From a virus (taxonomy: Duplodnaviria > Caudoviricetes), in IMG/VR virus record IMGVR_UViG_3300021185_003947: a stretch of DNA of 64,000 bases; one strand, 5' to 3'. The notes under the pieces are model-generated. The model worked only from the letters and a program-made list of their open reading frames with translations, did no database searches and was not told the DNA's origin. Shown here one piece after another: positions 63,503-64,000 of the stretch. The position numbers and the translations under genes are program-made. The first letter of the stretch is position 1. Every line of letters begins with the position of its first letter.

Positions 63503-64000
63503 TCACTTATTCTTATTTCTTCGGCGTTCGACTTCCATTTTCCGAACGCTTGGAAGTTTTTTCTGTGCTAACTGTTTAATACGCGGGCCTAGCTTAGCAA
63601 TCCGTCTTTCCATTTCTAATCTGCGTCCCGGAGACAAATCAGTTTTAGACTGTCCTTTTGTTAATTTTCTAATTAATGCAGTTTTGACTTGTTTGACAGC
63701 ACGATTCATTAATTTTTCTTTTGTGGCTGTTTTATTTTTAGATCTTTTAATACCCATTTTAATACGAGGAGCAAGAATTTTCATACGTTTTGCAGCAGCT
63801 CTACGCATAATAGGAGTCCATTCTTCTGGTAAATCCTCTTCAGTCAATTCGTAATCTTCATTTTGTGTTTCTTCAGCCATACGATCTCTCATTGCTTTGA
63901 GTTCGGCATCTAACTTATCTCTTTTTTGTTGTTGATTTTTATTAAGTTGAGATTTATTAGGAACCATTTGAGCTAATTCGTCAACTTCAGTTGATTCTTT
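63503..64000 (-). CDS. C-terminal part of a basic hypothetical protein; 5' end outside the window
   Basis: Frame stays open to 64000 (KESTEVDELAQMVP...). Confidence 0.7.
   Translation of the reverse strand, partial: KESTEVDELAQMVPNKSQLNKNQQQKRDKLDAELKAMRDRMAEETQNEDYELTEEDLPEEWTPIMRRAAAKRMKILAPRIKMGIKRSKNKTATKEKLMNRAVKQVKTALIRKLTKGQSKTDLSPGRRLEMERRIAKLGPRIKQLAQKKLPSVRKMEVERRRNKNK

Noticed and set aside
1-64000. Stop-codon reassignment, CRISPR arrays, rRNA, transposases, introns
   Set aside because: Core genes are full length in the standard code, no suppressor tRNA was found, and I saw no repeat-spacer array or such elements by eye.

Overview
A 64-kb, AT-rich segment of a large T4-like (Tevenvirinae/Kyanoviridae-style) myophage, most plausibly marine and infecting a Gram-negative, probably alphaproteobacterial host (inference from the BMP-family and IscA genes and the spanins). 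Almost all genes are on the minus strand. Core genes: gp32, gp33, RNase H, nrdA/nrdB, PhoH, glutaredoxin, GH19 endolysin and spanins. Other blocks: an early region of small ORFs driven by repeated TTTACA-N17-TAnnnT promoters (3.7-20 kb), six tRNA genes, a ~14-kb glycosylation island with metabolic genes (19.9-33.9 kb), three related tail-fibre-like genes, and a large block of probable internal head proteins (52-64 kb). Top candidate for a new system: a 110-nt tRNA-Asn(GUU)-like gene with a Leu-type D-arm, U37 and a 38-nt variable arm. It lies 6 nt downstream of a class IIb aminoacyl-tRNA-synthetase catalytic-domain-only gene that has no anticodon-binding domain. Other highlights: a ~160-nt multi-hairpin ncRNA candidate behind tRNA-Arg; a helically phased 18-bp palindrome upstream of four early promoters; a consensus promoter pointing antisense inside the glycosylation island; a shared MFAND...IREG leader fused to three unrelated cargo domains; and tandem late ADP-ribosyltransferase-like genes with a small acidic peptide that copies their N-terminal motif. 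All family assignments come from motif recognition by eye; no searches were run.
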